From assembly GCA_964417865.1 (NCBI GenBank), contig CAYQJI010000001.1, positions 14,492 to 78,491 of the forward strand: a stretch of DNA of 64,000 nt, in the 5' to 3' direction. Below are positions 49,337-58,905 of this stretch, piece after piece (the first letter of the stretch is position 1; each line of letters begins with the position of its first letter). Both the position numbers and the translations under genes were made by a program. The stretch is from Candidatus Woesearchaeota archaeon. GTDB taxonomy: Archaea > Nanobdellota > Nanobdellia > Pacearchaeales > GW2011-AR1. A model generated the notes under the pieces. The model was not told the DNA's origin. It saw nothing but the letters and a program-made list of their open reading frames with translations, and searched no databases.

Positions 49337-50218
49337 ATGGATAAAAAAAGAAATAACAATCTGAAATTCCCCTTAAAAGGAAAATATATAGCCCTTGTTG
49401 CTCCGAGTTTTATTGTTGATTTTCCTTATCCTAAAATATTATTTCAATTGAAAGAACTCGGTTTTGATAAAGCTGTTGAATTAACATTTGGAGCAAAACT
49501 TGTTAATAGAGAGTATTATAAGGAGATTAAAAATTCAAAAAAATTGATGATTTCAAGTGTTTGTGCAGGTATTGTTGAAACAATAAAAAATTCTTTTCCT
49601 GAATATAAAAATAATCTTTTACTTGTAGATAGTCCAATGATAGCAACTGCTAAAATCTGTAAAAAAATATACCCTTATCATAAAAGAGTTTTTATTTCTC
49701 CTTGTAATTTTAAAAAATTAGAAGCTGAAAGAACAGGGCTTATTGATTATGTTATTAACTATAAAGAGTTAAAAAATCTTATTTTTGAATATTATTCTAA
49801 ACATACAAAAAGTAAAAAAAATAAATTCTATAAAAAGGAGATATTCTTTGACAAATTTTATAATGATTATACTAAAATATATCCCATACCTGGAGGATTA
49901 TCTAAAACATTAAAAGTAAAAAAACTTTTACAAAAAAATGAAATAAAAGAAATTGATGGGATAAAAAAAATTATTAAATTCCTTAAAAATCCTAATCCAA
50001 AAATAAAATTTTTAGATATAACTTTTTGTAAAGGCGGGTGTATTGGTGGTCCATTTATTAATTCCAAAATTCCAATATCTTTTAGAAAAAGAAAAGTTTT
50101 AAAATATTTAAGAAAAGCAGATAAAGAAAAAATTCCTGAAAATAGAAAAGGGATATTTAAAAAAGCAGAAGGTTTATCATTTAAATCAAATTACTCAATT
50201 AATATTTATAACCCCTAA
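49337..50218 (+). CDS. [FeFe]-hydrogenase H-cluster-domain-like protein (Fe_hyd_lg_C family; minimal, Nar1/HydA-like)
   Basis: GFDKAVELTFGAKL. L1-like SSVCAGI...YPE...SPMIATAKI, L2-like ISPCNFKKLEA (MPCxxKxxEA), L3-like FCKGGCIGGP (MACPGGCxxGG). Confidence 0.5.
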   Translation: MDKKRNNNLKFPLKGKYIALVAPSFIVDFPYPKILFQLKELGFDKAVELTFGAKLVNREYYKEIKNSKKLMISSVCAGIVETIKNSFPEYKNNLLLVDSPMIATAKICKKIYPYHKRVFISPCNFKKLEAERTGLIDYVINYKELKNLIFEYYSKHTKSKKNKFYKKEIFFDKFYNDYTKIYPIPGGLSKTLKVKKLLQKNEIKEIDGIKKIIKFLKNPNPKIKFLDITFCKGGCIGGPFINSKIPISFRKRKVLKYLRKADKEKIPENRKGIFKKAEGLSFKSNYSINIYNP

Positions 50219-50323
50219 TTTTTTATCCTATAATCTCTTTGAGATTTTTGAATTTTATCCCCTTGTTTTTTGTTTCATTTTTTATCAATAATTTTATATA
50301 TACTCTTAATTTAATTCCTTTAT

Positions 50324-50395
50324 GCGGAGGTGGCACAACGGCACTGCGTTCGCCTGCAGAGCGAATTTGTGTGGGTTCGACTCCCACCCTCCGCT
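50324..50395 (+). tRNA. tRNA-Cys (GCA)
   Basis: Acceptor GCGGAGG/CCUCCGC, anticodon loop CUGCAGA, T-loop UUCGACU, U73. Confidence 0.85.
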
Positions 50396-50403
50396 TGAGT
50401 GTT

Positions 50404-52059
50404 ATGGCATTTATTATAACAAAGACAATAAATGGTAAAAAATACTATTATCTAAATAAAAGTGAGAGAGTGGGAGATAAGATCAAAACAAAATATCTTG
50501 CTTACCTTGGAAAAAATAAAGAACAAGCAGAATTAAAAGCTAAAATCTTCTTCCAAAAAATAGAAGAATTAAAAAACAAAGAAGATAATCATAAAAGTAT
50601 GGATTCAGAGAAAAAAATATCTATTGAAGAACTTTCAAACTTTTGTAAATCTAAAGGGTTTGTTTTTAAAAGTTCTGAAATCTATGGTGGAATTTCTGGT
50701 TTTTGGGATTTCGGTCCACTCGGTGTAGAGTTATTTAACAATATAAAACAAAATTGGTGGAATTTTTTTGTAAAACAAAAAGAAAATATTGTGGGTTTGG
50801 ATGCAAGTATTATCTCTCATCCTCAAACTTGGAAAGCTTCTGGTCATTTGACTAATTTTAATGATATAGCAGTTATATGTAAAAAATGTAAAAAATCAAC
50901 TAAAATAGACAAATCTGAAATTGGAAAAGTTAAATGTTCATGTGGTGGAGAGTATGAAGTTTTAGGTGAATTTAATTTAATGTTTAAAACAAAGATAGGA
51001 GCTTTAAATGCAGAAGAAGCTTATCTTAGAGGAGAAACTGCTCAAGGAATGTTTTTAGATTTTAAACTTATTCAACAAACGTCAAGAATGCAATTGCCTT
51101 TTGGTATAGCTCAGATAGGAACTTGTTTTAGAAATGAAATTGCTCCAAGAGACTTTTTATTTAGAAGTAGAGAATTTCATATAGGAGAATTTGAATTCTT
51201 TATAAACCCTGAAGAAAAAAAATGTGATTTATTAGATAATCCTCATTTAAATACAGAATTTAATTTTCTTGATGAAGAAACTCAAAAAGAAGGAAAAACA
51301 AATTTAAAAAAAGTTAAAATAAAAAACCTTTTAGAAGAGGGGAAATTAGAAGAATGGCATGCTTATTGGTTAGCTGAACAAATAATATGGTTAAACTCTT
51401 TAGGTCTTTATGAAATAAAGGTAAGAGAACATACAAAAGAAGAATTAAGTCATTATAGCTCTGCAACATTTGATATAGATTATGAATACCCGTTTGGATC
51501 AAAAGAATTGGGAGGAATTGCAAATAGGGGACAATACGATTTAACAAATCATCAAAAAGAGAGTAAACAAAATTTAGAAATCTTTGATGAGAAATATAAA
51601 AATAAAGTTATTCCTAAGGTCATAGAACCTACCTTTGGAATGGAAAGGATTTTTCTTGCAATTTTAACTAAGGCTTATACTTATGACAAAAAAAGAGAGA
51701 ATGTTATCTTAAAAATTCCTCCTTTTTTATCCCCTATAAAAGCGGCTATATTCCCTATTGTAAAAAAAGAAGAATTTGAAAATTTGAGTAGGGAGATTTT
51801 TAATGATCTAAAAAAAGAATGGTTTGTTAGTTATGATGTTTCTGGAAGCATTGGTAGAAGATATTCCAGAAATGATGAAATTGGAACACCTTATTGTATT
51901 ACTGTTGATGGGGATTCTATAAAAAATAAAGATGTTACTATAAGAGATAGGGACACTACTAAACAGATTAGGGTTAAGATTAAAGATTTAAAAGATACAT
52001 TAAAAAAACTTATTAATCAGGAGATTGATTTTGAGAAAGTAGGTAAATTAGTAGATTAA
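50404..52059 (+). CDS. glyS: glycyl-tRNA synthetase, archaeal/eukaryotic type, with about 90-aa N-terminal extension
   Basis: FVFKSSEIYGGISGFWDFGPLG, class II motifs. Start moved to Met-56 of the tracked ORF because the first 55 codons overlap tRNA-Cys. Confidence 0.85.
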   Translation: MAFIITKTINGKKYYYLNKSERVGDKIKTKYLAYLGKNKEQAELKAKIFFQKIEELKNKEDNHKSMDSEKKISIEELSNFCKSKGFVFKSSEIYGGISGFWDFGPLGVELFNNIKQNWWNFFVKQKENIVGLDASIISHPQTWKASGHLTNFNDIAVICKKCKKSTKIDKSEIGKVKCSCGGEYEVLGEFNLMFKTKIGALNAEEAYLRGETAQGMFLDFKLIQQTSRMQLPFGIAQIGTCFRNEIAPRDFLFRSREFHIGEFEFFINPEEKKCDLLDNPHLNTEFNFLDEETQKEGKTNLKKVKIKNLLEEGKLEEWHAYWLAEQIIWLNSLGLYEIKVREHTKEELSHYSSATFDIDYEYPFGSKELGGIANRGQYDLTNHQKESKQNLEIFDEKYKNKVIPKVIEPTFGMERIFLAILTKAYTYDKKRENVILKIPPFLSPIKAAIFPIVKKEEFENLSREIFNDLKKEWFVSYDVSGSIGRRYSRNDEIGTPYCITVDGDSIKNKDVTIRDRDTTKQIRVKIKDLKDTLKKLINQEIDFEKVGKLVD

Positions 52060-52078
52060 GATAAAATAATCAATATTT

Positions 52079-52960
52079 TTATTTATTTTTTATTAGTTTT
52101 TTTATATTTTCAAAATCTTTTTTTATTAATTCGCAAACTTTATTTAAATAAATATCTTCTTTTGCATAATCTTTGTCTAAAACAATATAGGCGCAATATT
52201 CAGCATATGCTTCACAATTATTTGAAAGTTCTCCTGAATTCCCAAAATATGCTCTTTGAGAAGGAAATCCTTCTGGTCTTTTTTCTTCCCATTTATGATT
52301 TTGATAACCTAAAGGGGCACAATATTTTTTAATTTCTTTCATTAAATCTGAAAAATAAGAAACAAATGAATCTTTTTTATAAGAATATCCATTCTTTAAA
52401 TCGTTTATATAACCTAACTTTATTGATAATGCATGGGCAATTTCATGAGATAAAATCCATTTGAAGTCATGTATTTTTCCTTCTTCTCCTTTTGGAATTT
52501 TATTATTCATTTTTTCCCATTCATAAGTTTTATCAATTATCTTTTTTGAGAGGATTTTTATTTTTCCATTTTTTAAATCAGTTAGGGCATTAAAACTATA
52601 ATCTAATTGTTCTATAGGAGAATATTCACTTTTTAAGTCTAAAACCTTTTCAGAATCTTTTTTGTTTTCAACTTTTTCAATCTCTAAATTAAACTTGGAA
52701 ATATCTCCAATATAATTTTCATATTTATCTAAAACATATTCTATGTCTTTTTTTTCTTCTTCATCATAATTGCCTATTAATTTTACTTTTTCAATCAATT
52801 TTTTAGTTTTAAAGTTATCTTGATAACTTACAATTTTTTCTAATCCTCTTACATAATCTAAGTTTTGTGGATTCTTTTTGTTTATAAAGTCTAGACTAGT
52901 AGAATTAGATAAGGCAAATCCTAACATTGCTAAAGCTATCAAATTTCTTAATTTTTTCAT
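52079..52960 (-). CDS. secreted putative zinc metalloprotease (HExxH)
   Basis: Signal peptide MKKLRNLIALAMLGFALS, motif ILSHEIAHAL. Confidence 0.4.
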   Translation of the reverse strand: MKKLRNLIALAMLGFALSNSTSLDFINKKNPQNLDYVRGLEKIVSYQDNFKTKKLIEKVKLIGNYDEEEKKDIEYVLDKYENYIGDISKFNLEIEKVENKKDSEKVLDLKSEYSPIEQLDYSFNALTDLKNGKIKILSKKIIDKTYEWEKMNNKIPKGEEGKIHDFKWILSHEIAHALSIKLGYINDLKNGYSYKKDSFVSYFSDLMKEIKKYCAPLGYQNHKWEEKRPEGFPSQRAYFGNSGELSNNCEAYAEYCAYIVLDKDYAKEDIYLNKVCELIKKDFENIKKLIKNK

Positions 52961-53026
52961 AAAATATTAAAAAAACTGTTATTTATAAAACTATCCTTTT
53001 GTTACTACCAACAAGTAAAAATAATA

Positions 53027-53116
53027 TGGCTCTGAGGAGGATTTAACTCCCGACCTCTGCCTTTCTCAATATTAATCATTCATGAGAGCAGCGCTCTAAC
53101 ACTGAGCTACAGAGCC
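53027..53116 (-). tRNA. tRNA-Met/Ile2 (CAU) with about 18-nt intron 3' of the anticodon (elongator type)
   Basis: Acceptor GGCUCUG/CAGAGCC, D GCUC/GAGC, anticodon stem CUGCU with loop CUCAUG. Intron AAUGAUUAAUAUUGAGAA. 3' stem GGCAG, T-stem GGGAG/CUCCU, A73. Confidence 0.7.
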
Positions 53117-53167
53117 ATTTACATTTGTAAAAATCTTTAGTTTAAAATCTTTTTTATCTTAGAAATC

Positions 53168-53368
53168 TTAATTGTTTTTTTCTTGATTTTTTAAATCTTG
53201 TTTTTTCATTCTTGTCATAAGACCTGCAAGTTGATTTCTTAACTTTTTTGTCAAATTTAATCCTTCTAATATTTTCTTATTTTTTTCAAATTCCACGCTT
53301 AATTCAACTTTATTTTTTTTCAACTCTTGAGAAATTCTCCTTAATGACTTTGATTTTGTTTTTCCCAT
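53168..53368 (-). CDS. rps17e: ribosomal protein S17e
   Basis: MGKTKSKSLRRISQELKK...EFEKNKKILE...LRNQLAGLMTRM matches the eS17 pattern. Confidence 0.8.
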   Translation of the reverse strand: MGKTKSKSLRRISQELKKNKVELSVEFEKNKKILEGLNLTKKLRNQLAGLMTRMKKQDLKNQEKNN

Positions 53369-53406
53369 ATTTCTTTTTTGTATTCCCCTTATTTAAAGGT
53401 TTCTTT

Positions 53407-54336
53407 TTATTCTATCCTTCCTATCTTTTCTACTTTTTTTATAGAATAAATTAATTCTTGAGTTTTTTTTGTTAACTCTCCAAAAAAATAAACTTCATAA
53501 TTTCCTTCTTTTATCCCTATCTTTTCTGCTTTTTTATTGATCTCAATTAGCTCTTTTTCACTAATCTTTTTTGAATTTAAGAAAATAGCTATAAATTCTT
53601 TATTATCCTTCTTCAATTTTAAAAAAGCTTCGTCAGTTTTGAAATTTATTATGTCTAAAAGTTCAATCTCTTCTTTTTTTAAGAATTCTTTTATTTTATC
53701 AAAAAAATTTTCATTTTTCTTATTATCTTTATTTTCATTTTTCTTTACTCTGCTTACTTTTTTTTGCTTTAATTTCTTTTTTTCTTGCTTTTCTTCATCT
53801 TTATTAATTATTGAATAATCTTTATCTTCTTGCCTTTCTTCTTCTTGTAAGCTTTTTGTAAGTTCTGGTTGTTCTTTTATTGTTTTTTCCTCTAACTGTT
53901 CTTTTACTTGTTCTTTTTTTTGATTAAATTCAGATTCATCTATAAGGAAATATCTCCAAACAATAAATTCATCATGCTTAAAAGGATAAGCAAAATCCTT
54001 TATCTGCCTTAATGCTACTCTTATTGCAGGTTCTTGTTCTGAGTCAATTAAAAATTTATTTTCTTTTAATCTGAGAAAAGCTTCTTTTTCTTTACCTTTT
54101 AAATATGAAGAAAAATTCTCTAATAAAGGCTCTTGTCCACTAACAAAATATAATGGAGAACTGCCTATCCTCATATTGCTCATCTTTATTTCTTTTTCTG
54201 ATAACAATTCGGATAAAAAAGCAGAAGTAAATAATAAACTTAAATGTATTTCATTAGAAATTTTTACAGGTAGAAGTGGTCCTCTTTCTTTAATTATTGA
54301 AACAATTTTCTCTTTTATTTTTAAAGCATCATCCAT
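53407..54336 (-). CDS. hypothetical protein with N-terminal winged-helix-like domain and KE-rich linker
   Basis: Composition only. Confidence 0.3.
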   Translation of the reverse strand: MDDALKIKEKIVSIIKERGPLLPVKISNEIHLSLLFTSAFLSELLSEKEIKMSNMRIGSSPLYFVSGQEPLLENFSSYLKGKEKEAFLRLKENKFLIDSEQEPAIRVALRQIKDFAYPFKHDEFIVWRYFLIDESEFNQKKEQVKEQLEEKTIKEQPELTKSLQEEERQEDKDYSIINKDEEKQEKKKLKQKKVSRVKKNENKDNKKNENFFDKIKEFLKKEEIELLDIINFKTDEAFLKLKKDNKEFIAIFLNSKKISEKELIEINKKAEKIGIKEGNYEVYFFGELTKKTQELIYSIKKVEKIGRIE

Positions 54337-54374
54337 TTATCTCAAAACTTACCTCTATTAATAAAATTTTTTGT

Positions 54375-54893
54375 TTAAGGTTTAATCCACCTTATCTCAT
54401 AATAGCTGATGTCTCCTTCTTCATCTATAATTGCAAGAAGAAGATTTTTCTTTATTGAATGTGCTACCCTACTTTTAGCTGTTAGTTCAATTAGTTTTAA
54501 ACTATCTGTTTCATGATCAACAAATACAAGCCATTTTGCATGAGTTTCATTTATTTTAAATCCTTTCTCATAAACTCTAAAATCAGCCCCAAATTTTAAT
54601 CCTGTTTTTAAAATATACCCCTTATCTCTTAAATCCTTAAAAACAGAGTATTTTAAATTAAATCTTTTATCAATTTTTAAAAATTTTTTAATTAATTCTT
54701 CTCTCTTTAATTTTAATTTTTTAGAGTATACTTCTATCTTATCCTTATCCATTAAATAAATTGTTTCAAAAGAGGAATATCTTATCTTTTTTTCTATCGC
54801 TTCACCAAAATTGCTTTTTTCTAATAAAGAATAAGCTTCTGATTGATTTGTTATTAAAATATCTCCTTCCAAATAAACTTTTATTTTTTCCAT
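54375..54893 (-). CDS. endA: tRNA-splicing endonuclease (homotetrameric alpha4 type)
   Basis: GLKFGADFRVY, catalytic H (ETHAKWL), KSRVAHSIKKNLLLAI motifs. 172 aa. Confidence 0.85.
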   Translation of the reverse strand: MEKIKVYLEGDILITNQSEAYSLLEKSNFGEAIEKKIRYSSFETIYLMDKDKIEVYSKKLKLKREELIKKFLKIDKRFNLKYSVFKDLRDKGYILKTGLKFGADFRVYEKGFKINETHAKWLVFVDHETDSLKLIELTAKSRVAHSIKKNLLLAIIDEEGDISYYEIRWIKP

Positions 54894-54964
54894 ACTTATT
54901 CTAATTAATAAGAATATTTAAACTTAATAGTTAATTTTTTATAATCTTCTTTTCTTTTTTTATA

Positions 54965-55996
54965 ATGGATGAAAAACAAACAAAACATTTCTTAATTGCT
55001 TCTTGCTTTCTTTTATTTGTATTTATCCTCCTTTTTTTTATAATCTTTTTTTTAAAAAGTAATAAATGTAATGATGGTACTTTAAACAATAAATGTTCAG
55101 AAATTCAACCTTATTTTTGTGATAATGGAAAAATAGTTGAAAAAGCTTCTATTTGTGGATGCTTAAAAGATTATTATGGGCTAAGTTATAACATAAAAGG
55201 GGATAAATGTGCATTTTCTTCTTCTAATCCTAAGATTATATCTTTAAACTATATTCTAAGAGGAAAAAAAGGTAATATTCAATTTGAGGCGTATCCCGAA
55301 ATTCTTAACCTTTCTCTAAATTATAAATACCCTTCTGAATCTAGTTCTGACTCTTCAAATTTTAAATTACAAATAATCAATAATCCAATACAAAGAGAAG
55401 CTTTACTTCCTTTAATAATGAAAATTCAAAATCTTACCCCTAATAAATATGATCAAGCAAGAATAGCAATAAGTTTGGTTCAAAATATCCCTTATAAAGA
55501 ATCTAATAAATCTGTTTTTGTTGCAGGTTCTTTAGTGGGATATAGAAGAATCCCTTATGAAGTTCTTTATGAAAATCAAGGAGTTTGTGGAGAAAAATCA
55601 TTGTTATTATCTTTTTTACTTAAGGAATTGGGATTCAGTTCTTCAATATTTTATTTTTCAAAAGAAAATCATGAAGCAGTAGGCATAAGTTGTCCGAAAG
55701 ATATGGGTTTTTATAATACAAATCTTTGTTTTATTGAAACAACAGGGCCTTCAATAATTACAGACAGTGAAAATGATTACCTTTTAGGTATAAAGCTCTC
55801 TTCAAATCCGCAAATTATTCCAATCTCTGAAGGAATTTCTTTTGAAAAAAATTTATATGAATTTAAAGATGCTAGATTATTCATAAAACTAAGAGATAAG
55901 TTAAAAAAATCTTCTTCACTTAATATTTTTAATTCTTTAATTTTGAAAAATCTTATTAAAAAGTATGGAATACCAAATATTTATCTTTCTATTTAA
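54965..55996 (+). CDS. secreted Cys-rich protein with transglutaminase-like cysteine-protease core
   Basis: N-terminal TM/signal. Core motif QGVCGEKSLLLSFLLKELGF...ENHEAVGI (Cys...His) typical of the transglutaminase-like superfamily. Confidence 0.45.
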   Translation: MDEKQTKHFLIASCFLLFVFILLFFIIFFLKSNKCNDGTLNNKCSEIQPYFCDNGKIVEKASICGCLKDYYGLSYNIKGDKCAFSSSNPKIISLNYILRGKKGNIQFEAYPEILNLSLNYKYPSESSSDSSNFKLQIINNPIQREALLPLIMKIQNLTPNKYDQARIAISLVQNIPYKESNKSVFVAGSLVGYRRIPYEVLYENQGVCGEKSLLLSFLLKELGFSSSIFYFSKENHEAVGISCPKDMGFYNTNLCFIETTGPSIITDSENDYLLGIKLSSNPQIIPISEGISFEKNLYEFKDARLFIKLRDKLKKSSSLNIFNSLILKNLIKKYGIPNIYLSI

Positions 55997-56010
55997 ATTA
56001 GGAAATTATC

Positions 56011-57711
56011 CTAAGTTATGATTGCTTTAATTCTTCTTACCCCTGCTGAAGAAGATTCTTCTTTAATGATTTTAAATTTACCTTTAATATCTCCTAATCT
56101 TTTAACATGAGGGCCAGCACAAATCTCCTTAGAAAAATTTCCTATTGTGTAAACCGAAACTCTTTCACCATATTTATCTTCGAAATTACCTCTCGCACCC
56201 TCTTTTCTTGCATCATTTAAACTCATTTCTTTTCTTGTTACTTCTAAATCTCTCTCTATTTGGTTATTTACCAATAATTCAACTTCTTTTAATTCTTCAT
56301 CTGTTAGTTTTCTATCAAAATTAAAATCGAGTCTTAATCTTTCAGGAGTTATGTTACTTCCTTTTTGAATTATAGAATTATCATTTAAAACTTTTCTTAA
56401 TGCTTCTAATAATAAATGAGAACAGGTATGTAATCTAGTTGTTTTTTCAGAATTATCAGCTAGTCCTGATTTAAATTTTCCTTGTGTTGAAGTTCTTGAA
56501 AGTTCTTTGTGAATATTGCATTCTTCTTCAAATTTTTCTTTAGAAAAAATTATCCTTCTTTTTTTACACTCCTCCTCTATTAATTCTATAGGGAAACCAT
56601 AACTTTGATATAATAAAAAAGAATCTTTACAATCTATCTCTTTTTTATTTTCTGTTAATTTTTTAAACAGATTCATTCCTTTTTCTAAAGTTTTTAAAAA
56701 TTTTTCTTCTTCTTTTTTTATTTCGTAAATTATTTTTTCTTTATTTTTTGAGATAATTTCATATTCAGGATAAATTTGAGAAACTCCTTCAACTAATTCA
56801 GATAATGAAAAATTATTCCCTAACTCTCTTGAGTATTTTACTGCTCTTCTTATTAGCCTTCTTAAAATGTAACCTTGTTCTTTATTTCCAGGAGTTATTC
56901 CATCAGCGATTATAAATGAAGCCGCTTTAATATGATCTGCTATAATCCTCATGGTTCTTGTATCTTTCTCATTTTTTCCATAACTCTTTCCCGATTTTTT
57001 TTCTATTAATAATATAATTGGTTGGAAACATTCTGTGAGATAATCATCTTTTAAATTGTTTACTATTGAAATAACTCTTTCAACACCCATGCCTGTATCT
57101 ACATTTTTTTGTGTTAAGGGTATATACTTCCCATTTTCATTTTTGTTATACTGCATGAAAACATTATTCCAAATTTCTACTTCGTTAATAAAAATCTCTG
57201 TGTCTGGGCCACATGGGCCTGTTTTTCCTGCAGGGCCCCACCAATTGTTCTCTTTTGGCAAGAATTTTATATTTTTTATGTTTAAACTTTTCCATACATT
57301 CGCAGATTCCTCATCTTTATCGCAGTCTTTATCTCCTTTAAAACAAGTTACAGAAATTTTTTCCGGGGGTATTTTCAATTCTTTTGTTAAAAATTCAAAA
57401 CTAAAGTTTATGGATTCTTTTTTGAAATAATCTCCTAAACTCCAATTCCCAAGCATTTCAAAGAAAGTATGGTGAAAAGAATCGCCGACCTCTTCAATAT
57501 CCCCTGTTCTTATACATCTTTGAACATTACAGAGTCTTTTTCCAAGAGGGTGTGGTTGACCAAGAAGATAAGGAACTAATGGGTGCATACCTGCTGTAGT
57601 AAATAACACTGTTGGGTCATTTTCAGGAATTAGACTAGAATTTTTTATTTCTTTATGCCCTTTTGAAATAAAAAATTGAATATATTTCTTTATTAATTCT
57701 TCCCTTCTCAT
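56011..57711 (-). CDS. alaS: alanyl-tRNA synthetase, catalytic + editing domains only (no C-Ala domain), bacterial-like N-terminus
   Basis: FFISKGH...SLIPENDPTVLFTTAGM...HHTFFEMLGNWSLGDYFK. Editing motifs HTCSHLL...CAGPHV. 566 aa. Confidence 0.85.
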   Translation of the reverse strand: MRREELIKKYIQFFISKGHKEIKNSSLIPENDPTVLFTTAGMHPLVPYLLGQPHPLGKRLCNVQRCIRTGDIEEVGDSFHHTFFEMLGNWSLGDYFKKESINFSFEFLTKELKIPPEKISVTCFKGDKDCDKDEESANVWKSLNIKNIKFLPKENNWWGPAGKTGPCGPDTEIFINEVEIWNNVFMQYNKNENGKYIPLTQKNVDTGMGVERVISIVNNLKDDYLTECFQPIILLIEKKSGKSYGKNEKDTRTMRIIADHIKAASFIIADGITPGNKEQGYILRRLIRRAVKYSRELGNNFSLSELVEGVSQIYPEYEIISKNKEKIIYEIKKEEEKFLKTLEKGMNLFKKLTENKKEIDCKDSFLLYQSYGFPIELIEEECKKRRIIFSKEKFEEECNIHKELSRTSTQGKFKSGLADNSEKTTRLHTCSHLLLEALRKVLNDNSIIQKGSNITPERLRLDFNFDRKLTDEELKEVELLVNNQIERDLEVTRKEMSLNDARKEGARGNFEDKYGERVSVYTIGNFSKEICAGPHVKRLGDIKGKFKIIKEESSSAGVRRIKAIIT

Positions 57712-57749
57712 AAAATAATAAGAATAAAATATTTTAAAAATGTTTATCT

Positions 57750-58133
57750 TTAATCTCTTAACATATTTAATTTTTCTTCTAAATTATTTAGCTTATTTTG
57801 AATTTCTCTTAATTGTATATCCAATCCTTTATTATAAGAAATCTTTTCTTCTTTAATTTGTTCTTCTATTCTTATTTTTCTCTTTCTTTGAATATCTTTT
57901 GGTATTTTAAATTCTGGGAGATAATTTGAAATTTTTTCTAAATCTTTTTTAATTTGATTTATACTTTTTTGTAATTTTTCTTTTATTTCCAAATCTTTTA
58001 ATCTTAAAATATGATATTTTCTCCTTATTTGATTCATCTTTAAGAATAACAATTCTAAAGTTAAAATTTCTTTTTTAGCAATCAATGCATTTTTATAATC
58101 AATCTTAAGATATAAGGGATCTTCTTTTCCCAT
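57750..58133 (-). CDS. hypothetical coiled-coil protein
   Basis: 127 aa, heptad-rich, 1-bp gap to upstream gene. Confidence 0.35.
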   Translation of the reverse strand: MGKEDPLYLKIDYKNALIAKKEILTLELLFLKMNQIRRKYHILRLKDLEIKEKLQKSINQIKKDLEKISNYLPEFKIPKDIQRKRKIRIEEQIKEEKISYNKGLDIQLREIQNKLNNLEEKLNMLRD

Positions 58134-58134
58134 C

Positions 58135-58785
58135 TTAAACTCCAGAAAACATATCTTTATCTATTAAATCTAGTCTCTCTTTAATCTCTTTAATCTCTTG
58201 TTCAAAATTTTGAACTTCTTCATCTTCTTGTTCCTTAATCTCTTTTAAATCTAAGGTCATTTTTTCTATTTCTAATATCTGCTTTTTTATGTTTTCAAAA
58301 TTTTGTGCACTCTCTTCGAACTTGTCAATTCTTATGAATAATGGCTCTTTCTTCTCTTCTCTTTCAATCATAAGAGAGCTTGCCTTCATTCTTTCTTTAG
58401 AAGGAATTTCTTTAGTAAATCTTTTTTTATTCTCTGAAGAGATTTCAAATGGGCTAGGCCTTCTTTGATCTTCATCAAGTTCTTCTGCTTCTTGTTCATC
58501 TTCATCCTCTTTTTCCCCAGAAATAGCATCTTTTAGACTATATTGTGAAAATTTTTCTCCAGTTTTTCCTTTTGGGAAACTTGGCAATTCTGAAATTTCC
58601 TCATTTTCCTCTTTATTCTCCTCAAGGTTTTGTTCTGGTCTATCAGGTCTAGGAGGTAATTCAGGTAAACTTGGTATTGCCTCTTTAACCTCTTTTTTAT
58701 CTTCTTCAGGAATCTCTGGAAGTTTTGGTAATTCAGGTAAACTTGGTATTGCCTCTTTAACCTCTTTTTTCTTAAATAATCCCAT
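58135..58785 (-). CDS. hypothetical protein with tandem 24-aa repeat (KEVKEAIPSLPELP...) and C-terminal coiled coil
   Basis: 72-bp tandem DNA repeat. Acidic low-complexity region. Confidence 0.35.
   Translation of the reverse strand: MGLFKKKEVKEAIPSLPELPKLPEIPEEDKKEVKEAIPSLPELPPRPDRPEQNLEENKEENEEISELPSFPKGKTGEKFSQYSLKDAISGEKEDEDEQEAEELDEDQRRPSPFEISSENKKRFTKEIPSKERMKASSLMIEREEKKEPLFIRIDKFEESAQNFENIKKQILEIEKMTLDLKEIKEQEDEEVQNFEQEIKEIKERLDLIDKDMFSGV
58655..58770. repeat. two copies of a 72-bp tandem repeat inside CDS 58135..58785
   Basis: ggtaattcaggtaaacttggtattgcctctttaacctctttttt occurs at 58655-58698 and 58727-58770. Confidence 0.7.
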
Positions 58786-58905
58786 TTTATTATTATTTTT
58801 TAATGTATATATTAAAAGGAATATTAGTTTAAAAATCTTTTTTTTTAGCTTTTTCTTTTTATTATAAACCGAAAGATATTTATTCTAATATTTTTTAATC
58901 TTTTT

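Noticed and set aside
50239-50403. N-terminal 55 codons of the tracked 606-aa ORF (MRFLNFIPLFF...)
   Set aside because: They overlap a well-formed tRNA-Cys (50324-50395). The GlyRS homology starts after Met at 50404.
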